Source: a virus
Lineage: Duplodnaviria > Caudoviricetes
DNA: 64,000 bases
Virus record (IMG/VR): IMGVR_UViG_3300027286_000002
Direction: 5' to 3' (one strand)
Shown: piece by piece, positions 50,673-60,537 of the stretch
How the letters are laid out: each line of letters starts with the position of its first letter
Numbering within the stretch: the first letter of the stretch is position 1
The notes under the pieces: generated by a model
Seen by the model: only the letters and a program-made list of their open reading frames with translations
Databases searched by the model: none
What the model was told of the DNA's origin: nothing
Translations under genes and position numbers: made by a program

Positions 50673-53600
50673 ATGGCAATTAAAAGAGCAAATGACGAAC
50701 AAGATGAAATCGTTGATAAAAAGACACTGCTAGATTTGAGCAGATTTCTTTTGATTTTAGATAGATGTGTAGAATTAGGTACAGAGATGCCTGCTGATTT
50801 ATTAGCAGAAGGTTTTGAACTATATCGTTTAAACATTAATGGCATCAATGAAATTGGTGGACTGTTTTTTGATGAGATTGTATCAACAGTACAAAAACTC
50901 AATCCACTTTACACTAAATATCGTTCAGCTAAAAAAACATACAGTTCTGAAAGTTTACAACTTAGAATAGGTTTAATTGAAAGCTGTTTTAGATATTTAA
51001 GTACAAACAGTGCAGAAATTCTCAAGTTTGGTGAAAATGATCCTTTAATGATCAATTACATTAAAGATATTAATCAAGGTGTGCTTGAAAAAAAGACCAA
51101 ACAAAGTTTGAAAAATTTGATCAATATTCCATCATTCTTATATTTAAAGACAAGTGCCAAATCACCTACATCTTGGATTAAGAAATTGATTGATGCTAAT
51201 ATTACCAATTCAAGTGAAGTGGAAAAATTAGATCAAATGATTGCGATCAAAGAAAGCTATATCAATATTGCTACTGAAATCAGAGAGTTTGATACAAAAG
51301 CTAGATCTTTAAATCCAAACACTAAAGAATATATTGATATTCAAGATGCAAGAAGAGAAAAACTTCAAGCACTCATCACTGAAATTTATGAAAATGAAGG
51401 TAAAGATGCTAAAAGTATTTTAAATTCTTTAACAAGCACCATTCACAGTACAGATACACATATCACTGAAACAGGTAAAAGATTAAATCTAACACCTGAA
51501 CAAGAACTTGCTATGACTGTAGAAGGTAAAGCAATCATCGCCGCAGGTGCAGGCTCAGGTAAAACTCGTGTTCTTGCAGGTCGTGTTGCATGGCTTATTA
51601 AAGAAAAAGGTGTACCTGCTAATAAAATCATGGCAACATCTTTTACTAGAAACTCTGCTATTGAATTAAAAGAAAGAATCCAAAAACCTGAATTTGCAGG
51701 TGAAGGTGCTATCTATGGTGATGGTTTTGGTACATCACATTCTATTGCATATAGAATTTTAATGAAGAATACCAAAGACAATAATAAAGTAGATCATGCT
51801 TTAGACGGCAAGTTAGTGGATATTGCTCTTAATCAAATTGAAATGTCACCTAATGTTCCTAAAAATCAAGTAGGCAAATTTTCTAATAAGCCTATGTTTG
51901 ATCAATATACAGAACAAGACATTAATAACTATATTCAGATCATCAATAACTTTATGGGATATGCTAACTATTTCATGAATGATCCAAATACAAATCCTCA
52001 AGAAAAACAAGTTTTAGCTAAAGATATTGCTCTCTTGAATGTCATTCAAAAAAATAAAATCTTGCCTTATGATCTAGATGCTAGTCAAAAAGAATATCTT
52101 AATAGCATGATCAATTCTGAAAGAGGCAAGAAAGTTTTTGGTAAATTACTTGCTCAAGATAAACTTGAGAATTTAGAAAGACTTCAAAAGTTTGGTAAAT
52201 CAAATAAAACATCTGCTAAAAACTTTGAAGATCTTGAAGCTGAAGCTGATAAAAGTGAAAAAGGTTTGCCAGCGAAAGACTCACCATATTTTAAAAATAC
52301 ACCTGCCAATATGTGGTTTAATTTAGGTTTAAATGGATCTGATATTGAAGTTCAAAAGAACATTTTAAAGAATAATAAATTGTTTCAAGAATTATATAGT
52401 TTAGAAAAAGATATGGAAAACTACACAGATAAAAGACAATCTGATTGGTTTCATAAAAAAGTATCTCAATTTTACAACAATGTAATGTCTGTAAAACAAG
52501 TTAAAGAAATGTTGCCACCTAACTTTCTTAATAATGCTTTAGTCGCAGTCTATGGTGCTTATTTATGGCTTAAAGAAAATGATACTACATTTAGAGGTTA
52601 TTGCAGTGGTGATGACCAACTTGTTAAGACCATTGGATTACTTGTAAAGAAACCTGCTCTTTTAGCATCTTTACAAAGACAATATTCTCATATCATGGTG
52701 GACGAAGCACAAGACTTAAATCAATCTCAACATATCTTCTTTGGTTTAATTGCAGGCACTATCAATCCTGCGAACTTAATGCAATATACAGATGATGAAA
52801 TGCAACTCGTTGTGAAAGATCAAAATAAACCTGATGTTAAATCTAAAGTTTATGGTCGCATGAGAGCAGAATCTTATGTTTTGATTGGTGATGATAAACA
52901 AGCGATTTATGAATTTAGAGGTGCTACACCTAAAGAATTTATTGGTAAATCTGATCTTCTTAATGGTGGTTTCCAAACTGCTATCATTCCTACCAATTTT
53001 AGAAGTGGTGGTGATATTGTAGATACTGCTAATAAACTCATCTCTTATAATGAACAAATTCCTATGACTTGTGTTTCTGTTCCAGCTAAAGGCACAGGTT
53101 CTATTTATTATGAAGTAACACCTGATACTACTTTTAATAGTGATGCTATTCGCTTAATAGAAGAAATTAAAACACATATTGAATTAGGTGGAAAAGCAGA
53201 AGATTATGGTGTTGCTACTAGATCTAAGAGAGAAGCATATCCTTTCTTATTGCAAGCATTAAAAGAAAAGATTCCTTTCCGATCACAAACCAATCCTTTA
53301 ATGAAAAGCAATTTTAAGAATGTATTCAAATGGCTAAATTTTATTAGTTTGCCTGATTCTGCTGTAGATGAACTTAATAACTATGTTTTAACTTTGCATA
53401 ACACAGGACCCACTTACTTTTTAGGTGAAAAGAACTTCAATGTTGTTGTTAGGGATTTATTGCAAAGTAAAAAGAATGTTAATCTCTTAACTGATCTTTC
53501 TGAGGATAATTTTCCTATCACTGAAACATCTGTTCGTAAAAATGTTGAAGTTTATCTTAGAACTCTTAAACAAGCTAGACGAATTACAGGTAGTCCTATA

Positions 53601-54242
53601 GATTGTTTTAATTCTTTATTGCTGTTAAAAGATCAAAAAAAGGTGATTGATAGAGCAACACAAAGAGAAAAACTTAGAGATTTCGCTGAAGCCTTTTTCC
53701 CAAAAACTAGATCAGATGGTGCAGAGGATGAGGAGGCTGAAGATACATCAGCAGATTTAGATATTATGAAATCTCTTATCAATTTTAGAGATAATCCAGC
53801 TATCACTACTTTAAGAGATGCGATGAAAGAAATTACTAAATATATTACTCAAGTCGCTGAAGCTAAAGAAAAGAATACAGGTATGCTTATTGACACCATG
53901 CACCAATGGAAAGGTTTGGAATGTAAAAACCTAACCACCATTTTCTCTAGTCAATTCCCAAGAGATAAAAAAGAAGAAATGACAGATAAAGAGCATGAAG
54001 CTGAAGTAGCATCTGAAAGACGATTAGCTTATGTTGCTCTTACTCGTGGTCAAGATTCTGTTAGAGTACTTGCTACTAATGTTAAGAGAACTTGGGATTC
54101 AGCTAATAAAACTTGGAAATATGTTACTGTTCCTGTATCAAGATTTATTGAAGAAGGCTGTATTCCACAAAAAGAATCTCAAGATAAGACATCTTCTCTT
54201 GATTTTTCAAATCTTATTCATGCTATGGTATTTGAAAAATAA
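50673..54242 (+). CDS. uvrD: UvrD/Rep/PcrA-type SF1A helicase with long N-terminal extension and internal insertion
   Basis: LTPEQ, AGAGSGKT, SFTR.SA.ELKER, TSHSIAYRIL, MVDEAQDLN, IGDDKQAIYEFRGA, NFRS, TMHQWKGLE, ERRLAYVALTRG. Confidence 0.9.
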   Translation: MAIKRANDEQDEIVDKKTLLDLSRFLLILDRCVELGTEMPADLLAEGFELYRLNINGINEIGGLFFDEIVSTVQKLNPLYTKYRSAKKTYSSESLQLRIGLIESCFRYLSTNSAEILKFGENDPLMINYIKDINQGVLEKKTKQSLKNLINIPSFLYLKTSAKSPTSWIKKLIDANITNSSEVEKLDQMIAIKESYINIATEIREFDTKARSLNPNTKEYIDIQDARREKLQALITEIYENEGKDAKSILNSLTSTIHSTDTHITETGKRLNLTPEQELAMTVEGKAIIAAGAGSGKTRVLAGRVAWLIKEKGVPANKIMATSFTRNSAIELKERIQKPEFAGEGAIYGDGFGTSHSIAYRILMKNTKDNNKVDHALDGKLVDIALNQIEMSPNVPKNQVGKFSNKPMFDQYTEQDINNYIQIINNFMGYANYFMNDPNTNPQEKQVLAKDIALLNVIQKNKILPYDLDASQKEYLNSMINSERGKKVFGKLLAQDKLENLERLQKFGKSNKTSAKNFEDLEAEADKSEKGLPAKDSPYFKNTPANMWFNLGLNGSDIEVQKNILKNNKLFQELYSLEKDMENYTDKRQSDWFHKKVSQFYNNVMSVKQVKEMLPPNFLNNALVAVYGAYLWLKENDTTFRGYCSGDDQLVKTIGLLVKKPALLASLQRQYSHIMVDEAQDLNQSQHIFFGLIAGTINPANLMQYTDDEMQLVVKDQNKPDVKSKVYGRMRAESYVLIGDDKQAIYEFRGATPKEFIGKSDLLNGGFQTAIIPTNFRSGGDIVDTANKLISYNEQIPMTCVSVPAKGTGSIYYEVTPDTTFNSDAIRLIEEIKTHIELGGKAEDYGVATRSKREAYPFLLQALKEKIPFRSQTNPLMKSNFKNVFKWLNFISLPDSAVDELNNYVLTLHNTGPTYFLGEKNFNVVVRDLLQSKKNVNLLTDLSEDNFPITETSVRKNVEVYLRTLKQARRITGSPIDCFNSLLLLKDQKKVIDRATQREKLRDFAEAFFPKTRSDGAEDEEAEDTSADLDIMKSLINFRDNPAITTLRDAMKEITKYITQVAEAKEKNTGMLIDTMHQWKGLECKNLTTIFSSQFPRDKKEEMTDKEHEAEVASERRLAYVALTRGQDSVRVLATNVKRTWDSANKTWKYVTVPVSRFIEEGCIPQKESQDKTSSLDFSNLIHAMVFEK

Positions 54243-54272
54243 TTGCTTTTTTAAAAATTATCAGTATTCTAT

Positions 54273-54346
54273 TTTTTTGTGATTGCTAGTATCCATTAGC
54301 TTTTCCGTCTGTATGACATAGGCAGGTATCACAAAAAACTATGTCA
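54273..54346. other. Intergenic multi-stem inverted-repeat element with an alternative pairing
   Basis: TTTTTTGTGAT/ATCACAAAAAA enclosing two hairpins; TGACATAG/CTATGTCA alternative stem. Confidence 0.4.
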
Positions 54347-54398
54347 CCTATCTAAATCTTTTGTTATAAGCATATCCAACTTAAACAAAGGATTTAAA

Positions 54399-54668
54399 AT
54401 GATTAATGAATTGCTTGAAATCATTTATGATAATATTGAACATTCAGATATTCTTGTATCTAATCTCAAAAATGAATCAGATGCTTTGGTCGTCTACCTT
54501 GCAGATGTAAATGAATTTTATGATAAGATTTTTATCACAGATATTAAAGACCAGCCTAATAAATATTCTATTCGTTTTGAATATCGATACAAACCTAGCA
54601 ACTCTTGGATCATTAACAAAGAAACTTTAGGTGCTTTTTTAAGAAAGCATACTACTTTAATGTGCTAA
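54399..54668 (+). CDS. Hypothetical protein
   Basis: AAAGGA RBS. Confidence 0.7.
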   Translation: MINELLEIIYDNIEHSDILVSNLKNESDALVVYLADVNEFYDKIFITDIKDQPNKYSIRFEYRYKPSNSWIINKETLGAFLRKHTTLMC

Positions 54669-55126
54669 CATCCTTCTGTGCTTTCATCTGTTATACCTAA
54701 ACGAGTTTTTAAATACATAATATTTTCTTCATTTATTGTCTTAAGTATAGCTTTTCTTTCTTTATCTTCATTATTAGAATGAAATACTAGCTGTAAACAA
54801 TCAGGTGTATCTTTGCGATTAATAAACACCACTACATCTTCTCTATCTTTATATTTAGATTGTATTTCATTATATATAGACATGGCAAATTGCAAATCAT
54901 GTGGCAGAAAAACAATAACCTTTGAATGGTCTTCTTTATCTATCTTAAAAGAATTAAGATATTCCTTTTTAGAGAAACGATAAAAGAATTTAGACCTTTC
55001 TCTAAAAGTTAAATCATATACATTTAAACGATACCTGTCACCATATCGTTTTAAGATGTTTGTTTTATCCGTGCAGTATGTTAGAGCATTTAAAGCAAGT
55101 TCTTTATCTTCAAAGTAGATATACAT
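54665..55126 (-). CDS. Hypothetical protein
   Basis: AAAGGA RBS before ATG 55126. Confidence 0.7.
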   Translation of the reverse strand: MYIYFEDKELALNALTYCTDKTNILKRYGDRYRLNVYDLTFRERSKFFYRFSKKEYLNSFKIDKEDHSKVIVFLPHDLQFAMSIYNEIQSKYKDREDVVVFINRKDTPDCLQLVFHSNNEDKERKAILKTINEENIMYLKTRLGITDESTEGC

Positions 55127-55186
55127 TTTTATAATCCTTTTATATGCACAATCTCTATTAAACAAAATACAAAGGACTTAGTAAAG

Positions 55187-55438
55187 ATGTTTAAACGATT
55201 TGCACGAAATCTTAAAGTAGATAATGCTATTCATGGTATTGATGAAATGCTGGATGAAATTATGGAAATCCAAATTGAATTTCAAGAAGATAGACAAAAT
55301 ATCCCTTCTTCTGAATTTCAATATGGTCTTGCTTTTCAACAATCTTTAGGCACTATTCCACAGGCACTTAAAGCTATTGCTGAAGCTGAAAAACAACTTA
55401 ACATTGCTAAAAACATTTTCTTAAAACAAACAAGGTAG
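55187..55438 (+). CDS. Small helical hypothetical protein
   Basis: AAAGGA RBS. Confidence 0.75.
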   Translation: MFKRFARNLKVDNAIHGIDEMLDEIMEIQIEFQEDRQNIPSSEFQYGLAFQQSLGTIPQALKAIAEAEKQLNIAKNIFLKQTR

Positions 55439-55446
55439 ATAAACAC

Positions 55447-56040
55447 ATGAGAAAATTAAGAATTTTAAAAGCTAAACTAGATCTTATTAAAAACAAGTTT
55501 ATGGATATTGACACTTCTGTTATCAAACAACATCCTGAAGATAAAGATGAGATTTGGAATATGTATGAGAAATCATACAAGTCTATTGGTATGCACTTAA
55601 ACCAAGACACTTTATTTAAATATGATGATTTTGTTTTAAAAGATATTGATGAAGATCCATATGCTGATTTATTTATTAGCATGACAGATACACCACATGG
55701 CAAAAAATTAGGTATTGCAGGCAATGATGGCAGTCCTGAAGCAATACAAGCTATTAAAGAAGCTATTGCTACTTATTTGCATAAACAAGGCTACTTTGCT
55801 GAACTTTCTTTAAAGACAGAATATATTGCTCAAAAGCATGGTGTTCCTTTTATTGACAATCAAGAAATTGTTGAGAAAGTTTTAGGTAAGCCTGTTGATT
55901 GGGAAGGTGATGGTTATTACTCAAGACAATTAGGTGAAATGGGAAATGTATCTAAAAGACTTTATGGATTTCCTAAAGGTGTTTCACCTGAACTCTTAAA
56001 AGATAGTCATAGATTTCAAGGTGCTATTAAAAGTCATTAA
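55447..56040 (+). CDS. Hypothetical protein
   Basis: AAGGT RBS; DIDEDPYAD..F..T..GKKLG..G.DGS pattern. Confidence 0.75.
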   Translation: MRKLRILKAKLDLIKNKFMDIDTSVIKQHPEDKDEIWNMYEKSYKSIGMHLNQDTLFKYDDFVLKDIDEDPYADLFISMTDTPHGKKLGIAGNDGSPEAIQAIKEAIATYLHKQGYFAELSLKTEYIAQKHGVPFIDNQEIVEKVLGKPVDWEGDGYYSRQLGEMGNVSKRLYGFPKGVSPELLKDSHRFQGAIKSH

Positions 56041-56097
56041 TACTTTTTTTATAGATATTTTTATTATGAAACCTACTCTCAAAAAAGGACTAACATT

Positions 56098-57471
56098 ATG
56101 TTAAACATGATTTCTTTTTTAAAAATGCTCATCAGCATTTTAACAAAAAAAACCAAAAACGAATGGAAATTTAAAATTCAAAATGGTGGTGTTATTTCAG
56201 GTGTACATACAATCTCAGGACTAGAACTTCTTTTAGAATTTAAAAGTAGACCTGTAGATATGGGAATGTCTGTTCTAGTGAATTTAATGATTACATCTAA
56301 TGATCCACAAGAAACCATAGAAGATACTAGAAATGAATACCTAATTACAGTGGACAATCAAATTCAAGATACTCTTGTTGTTGCTGATTGGATTATGGAA
56401 GGTCTAACATATGCAGAAAGAGCATGGTATCGTGGTTACTATCGTACTGCATCTACTCAAAAAACTTCTAATGATACTAGCAATCAAATCCTTGAACTAT
56501 TAGGTGGTAGAGATAATATCAAATCTTTCACTAATGGTGGTTCTGTTCAGATACTTTCAGGAAATAAAGGAATTATTTTCCCTAGACAACTTCCTTATGG
56601 TAAAGGCGATAAAATTTATTACATCCATGTCTTAGCAAATAACAATGGAAGTTATGATGTAAACTTTTTAGGTGCAGGTAAAACACCTAATGTTAAAAAG
56701 AGTTTAAAAGATGTGCCTGCAGAAAATCTTTTATTTGAGATTATGGAAAATGCTTATAGTGGTCGTACTGCTTCTACTCAAAAAACTTCTAATGAAATTG
56801 GCAATCAAATCCTTGAACTGTTAGGTGGAAATAGAACTTTAAAAATGATGGCAGGTGCAAAACAATTTGTTGGTATGCCTAATGGTGTTCAAATCCATAT
56901 TCCTAGAACAGGCAAAGGCATTGGTTTGATTATGATTACTCTTAATGGATCTGATAGCTATGATTTAAAGTTTTATAGTCCTTTCAGTTCAAAAACATTT
57001 GATCGTAAAGTCAAGAGTAGTGAAAATGATGTACCTGTAGAAAAATTGCTTTCTACTGTTGAATATCATACAGGTCTTTCTTTACGAGTACCTAAAATTG
57101 AACAAATACCAACTCCTCCAAATTGGAGTTTATTTGGTAGAAAAGCAGGCGAATTTGAAAATCCTGTAATTAATGGTGCTGATGATGTTATTAACCTTTT
57201 AGGTGGTGAAGAAAAAATTAAGTCTATGATGTATGGTTCTCATATTGCTAGATCTAATAAAGCTATGGGTGGTATTATTTTTTCAGTTCCTCTTGTTTTT
57301 GGTGTTGGTGTTGAACATATAGGTATCTTCTTAAATGATTTAGGTACATATAATATTGATTTCTATGGGAAAATGAAAAGTACTACACCTAATTTTAAAA
57401 AGAGATTGATCAATATACCTGCTGATAAAGTTAAAATGGCTATTGCAAAATATGCCAAACTTTATTTCTAA
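56098..57471 (+). CDS. Protein with three tandem copies of an uncharacterised (QILELLGG) domain separated by RTAS/RKAG linkers
   Basis: NQILELLGG twice and DVINLLGG, each followed by I.F..P......I......G.Y...F.G/S. Confidence 0.8.
   Translation: MLNMISFLKMLISILTKKTKNEWKFKIQNGGVISGVHTISGLELLLEFKSRPVDMGMSVLVNLMITSNDPQETIEDTRNEYLITVDNQIQDTLVVADWIMEGLTYAERAWYRGYYRTASTQKTSNDTSNQILELLGGRDNIKSFTNGGSVQILSGNKGIIFPRQLPYGKGDKIYYIHVLANNNGSYDVNFLGAGKTPNVKKSLKDVPAENLLFEIMENAYSGRTASTQKTSNEIGNQILELLGGNRTLKMMAGAKQFVGMPNGVQIHIPRTGKGIGLIMITLNGSDSYDLKFYSPFSSKTFDRKVKSSENDVPVEKLLSTVEYHTGLSLRVPKIEQIPTPPNWSLFGRKAGEFENPVINGADDVINLLGGEEKIKSMMYGSHIARSNKAMGGIIFSVPLVFGVGVEHIGIFLNDLGTYNIDFYGKMKSTTPNFKKRLINIPADKVKMAIAKYAKLYF
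56443..56795 (+). repeat. 32-bp direct repeat (56443-56474 and 56764-56795, one mismatch) encoding RTASTQKTSN
   Basis: CGTACTGC(A/T)TCTACTCAAAAAACTTCTAATGA, followed in both copies by CAATCAAATCCTTGAACT.TTAGGTGG. Confidence 0.9.
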
Positions 57472-57474
57472 TCA

Positions 57475-57711
57475 TTATTTATCTAAATCCAAATCAAAAT
57501 CTTTATTCATAAACACAGGTGCATCTTCAAAATATGGCAAGGATCTTAATACATTGTATTCAAACCATTCCAATGCCTCTTCATAAGACCATTCATTAAT
57601 TCGCATGAATGTTTCCAATACTAACTCTGTGTCATAGACTGCACAATCTGCATCATATAAAACACCTACTACACATTTATCAAATTCATCTCTTGGATCT
57701 AGCAATTTCAT
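57475..57711 (-). CDS. Conserved small acidic phage protein
   Basis: FDKCVVG...AVYD.....YEEALEWFEYN.....P.F pattern. Confidence 0.65.
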   Translation of the reverse strand: MKLLDPRDEFDKCVVGVLYDADCAVYDTELVLETFMRINEWSYEEALEWFEYNVLRSLPYFEDAPVFMNKDFDLDLDK

Positions 57712-57776
57712 TTTTTTCAAATCTTTTTTTTGTTTAATATGTTTATCTATTATATACAAGACAAAGGATATCTAAA

Positions 57777-58769
57777 ATGAAATATCTTGCTAAAGAACGA
57801 TCTGATGAAGAAAAAAAAGAAATCTATGATAAGTGGAAAAAACTTATCAATATGTCAGAAAAAGAATTAAAAGAATGGGGCGATAATCCAGATCACCTTG
57901 AAGCTTCTTTAAATAGAGAAGAGGCTAAAGATAATGGCAAAATCCAATCAGGTTATGATTCTTTTCATCGTATTAAAAGAAGAAAAGACAAACCTTTTGA
58001 AGATTGGACTGCTCAAGATTTTGATAATGCTAGTCAAGAGAATGGTTTTAATGGTCGTATGCTTGGTGGATCACCCGGGCAACCTGTAGGTTCAACAGGT
58101 AGAAGTAAATGGGAAATCTCTTTAAGAAATTGGGGACATGATCCATCTAAAGCTAGTAGTCCTGCATATAGCAAATGGAAAAAATGGAAAAAAGATAATG
58201 AAGAAGAGATTAAAAAATCCAAAGCTAAAAAAGAAGCATCTCTTATCATGCGAGCATATAAATTAAGTTATCTTTTTGATAACACAAGTAGTCTTAGAAC
58301 TGCCTGCATGAATTGTCTTATCTCATCTACACCACAGACAAAAACAGCTTTTAAAAATGAGTTAATAAAAGTAGCTAGTAGAAACCATGTGTTTAATGAA
58401 AGCATAGTGAATAATACCTTTGCTATGAGAAAAGCCACTACATTAAGCCAAATCAAAACAGGTTTAAATCCTAATATCGTAGCTAGTGATAAACAAATCA
58501 CAGGTGAATTTAATGGTAAAAATAAAGTAAATACCTTTCAAGTAGGTGAGTATCAAGTCAATGTTCTAGTCGATACCAATAACAATGTATTTACAAATTG
58601 TGATTGTGGATTTTGGAAATATCAAGGTGCTGAGTATCATGCAAAACAAGACGGATATTTATTAGGTGATCCACAAGGCACTGCTGATAAACCACAAGTC
58701 AAAGATCCAAAGGGAAACAATAAGCTATGTAAACACACATTAGCTGTTTTAGAAAGGATTATCAAATGA
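57777..58769 (+). CDS. Two-domain protein: DUF3140-like N-domain plus SWIM zinc finger, with internal basic tag
   Basis: WKKLINMS..EL..W...SLRNWGHDP; CDC...CKH; internal SLRTAC...KTAF...KVAS...RKAT. Confidence 0.65.
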   Translation: MKYLAKERSDEEKKEIYDKWKKLINMSEKELKEWGDNPDHLEASLNREEAKDNGKIQSGYDSFHRIKRRKDKPFEDWTAQDFDNASQENGFNGRMLGGSPGQPVGSTGRSKWEISLRNWGHDPSKASSPAYSKWKKWKKDNEEEIKKSKAKKEASLIMRAYKLSYLFDNTSSLRTACMNCLISSTPQTKTAFKNELIKVASRNHVFNESIVNNTFAMRKATTLSQIKTGLNPNIVASDKQITGEFNGKNKVNTFQVGEYQVNVLVDTNNNVFTNCDCGFWKYQGAEYHAKQDGYLLGDPQGTADKPQVKDPKGNNKLCKHTLAVLERIIK

Positions 58770-59638
58770 ATAAGCAAGGTTGTATTGTTGCTCTAGGTCA
58801 ATGGAATGATGATCGTGTTCTTTTTAAGAATAGAGATCGTAATTATAGAAATTGCATAACATTCCACCATGAATTAAGACATGGTGTAGAAGTCTTATAT
58901 TTTAAAGATGCTCTCACAGGATGGATAGAAGGTATGAATCAATATGGCATAGGTATTATTAATGCTACTCTTATGCCTTCAATAGATGAAAGTCGCTTGA
59001 AAGATTCAGCTAAAGGTGATGGTGAAATTATTCTTAAAGCACTAGAACAAAAAACTGTTGAAGATGCTATGGATATGATTTGTGGATATAAGAATGGACT
59101 ATATGGACATACAATTATATCTAATGCAGATAAGTCATATTCAGTAGAGCATTTTGAAGGTGAAGAACCTGTCTGTAAAGAAATTAATCCAAATGAAGAT
59201 GTTCATGTAAGAACAAATCATGGTATAGATATTCCTCATGCAGGTGTACAAAATGGTAATGGTAGAAAATCCACTATCACTAGAAGATTAAGAGCATTAA
59301 AAGCATTAAGAAATACTGAAAGTAAAGAAAGCATTATTGAGAATATCTATAAATACAGACCAAATGGTTTTGATGATCCACATAATATGGTTAGGAATCT
59401 ACCAAATGGTTTAAAGACAGGCTGTCAATATGTGATTGATCCACAAGAGAAAACATTTAATTTTTATACCTTACCATACAAGGTTAGGATTTTAGGATAT
59501 AAGTGTAATGTAGTGAAACCACGATTGAAATTAAATTTGTTTAGGATTTGTAAAGAAGATGGTCAAGGTAATTTTAAATTAGAACCATACAAAATACCAA
59601 AAGAAACCAATCCATTCTTAAAAGGTAAATGGAGATGA
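58766..59638 (+). CDS. Ntn-hydrolase (peptidase C45/acylase-like) with N-terminal Cys nucleophile
   Basis: GCIVAL...FKNRDR...EGMNQYGIGIIN...RTNH. Confidence 0.65.
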   Translation: MNKQGCIVALGQWNDDRVLFKNRDRNYRNCITFHHELRHGVEVLYFKDALTGWIEGMNQYGIGIINATLMPSIDESRLKDSAKGDGEIILKALEQKTVEDAMDMICGYKNGLYGHTIISNADKSYSVEHFEGEEPVCKEINPNEDVHVRTNHGIDIPHAGVQNGNGRKSTITRRLRALKALRNTESKESIIENIYKYRPNGFDDPHNMVRNLPNGLKTGCQYVIDPQEKTFNFYTLPYKVRILGYKCNVVKPRLKLNLFRICKEDGQGNFKLEPYKIPKETNPFLKGKWR

Positions 59639-60060
59639 TATATTTTGCTTATGGTAGTAATACCAATCCTAAAGTTATGTTATCAAGAATACCGAATGCA
59701 CAATTTTATGGTAGGTATAGTCTAAAAGATTGGGAATTAAGATTTGCAGGACATTCTAGAAACCATCGTCAAAATGGTGTTTTAGATATTAAACCAAATC
59801 CTAATTCTACAGTACATGGTATTTTATGGCAGATACCTGATGATAGCATCTCTTCTTTAGATCATGAAGAAGGATGTAAATACCATCACTTTTCTTTTTT
59901 ATTAAACACAGGTGAAAAAGCATTTAGCTACACAATGGTAAGAGATGCTATGAAAAATAAACCACATTTAGAATATGTGGATATCGTATTAAATGGATAT
60001 AAGTTATTTGGTTTGCCAAAACAAGATGTTATGCTTGCCTACTACAAATCCCTTGTATAA
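59629..60060 (+). CDS. Gamma-glutamylcyclotransferase (AIG2/GGCT) family protein
   Basis: YFAYGSN, V.GILW, LDHEEG, P...Y...VL.GY...GLP. Confidence 0.85.
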   Translation: MEMIYFAYGSNTNPKVMLSRIPNAQFYGRYSLKDWELRFAGHSRNHRQNGVLDIKPNPNSTVHGILWQIPDDSISSLDHEEGCKYHHFSFLLNTGEKAFSYTMVRDAMKNKPHLEYVDIVLNGYKLFGLPKQDVMLAYYKSLV

Positions 60061-60086
60061 TTAAAATAAAACAAAGGAATATTAAA

Positions 60087-60479
60087 ATGCCTTCTTACAG
60101 CTATATCTGCAAAGAATGTGAACATGAATTTAATGTCACTAAAAAAATCTCTGAATACAATAAACCTGAAGCTTGTCCTGAATGTTCTGCGAATGACTGT
60201 ACAAGACAAATCACTATGCCACAAGTCATGTTTAAAGGTGATAGCTGGATAGATAAGAATAATCGTATCAGTAAACAGATGTCAGATAAAAATAAGAAAC
60301 TTGCTGTTAGAGAAAATGAAATGAAGAGAGATGCACCTAGTGTTAAGCTAGTACCTAATGTAAATGGTGAAAGAGTAGATTCTTGGTCGGATGCTCAAAA
60401 ACTTGCCAAAGATTTAGGCAAGAATACAGAAAGCTATAGTGAACTTGTTAAGAAAGAAGATACCTTAAAGAAAAGTTAA
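60087..60479 (+). CDS. FmdB-type zinc-ribbon protein
   Basis: MPSYSYICKECEHEF...CPECS...F.G..W. Confidence 0.8.
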   Translation: MPSYSYICKECEHEFNVTKKISEYNKPEACPECSANDCTRQITMPQVMFKGDSWIDKNNRISKQMSDKNKKLAVRENEMKRDAPSVKLVPNVNGERVDSWSDAQKLAKDLGKNTESYSELVKKEDTLKKS

Positions 60480-60537
60480 TAATGTTTTAATATAAGATAT
60501 ATTATGTATATAACCTCTTTTCAAAGGATTAAAGCAA

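Noticed and set aside
51780-52600. Intein in the UvrD insertion (or in the helicases or DnaB)
   Set aside because: No N-terminal Cys/Ser block, no His-Asn followed by C/S/T junction, and no LAGLIDADG motif
56443-56795. Diversity-generating retroelement TR/VR pair
   Set aside because: Both copies are in frame within one gene, the single mismatch is synonymous, and no reverse transcriptase is present in the window
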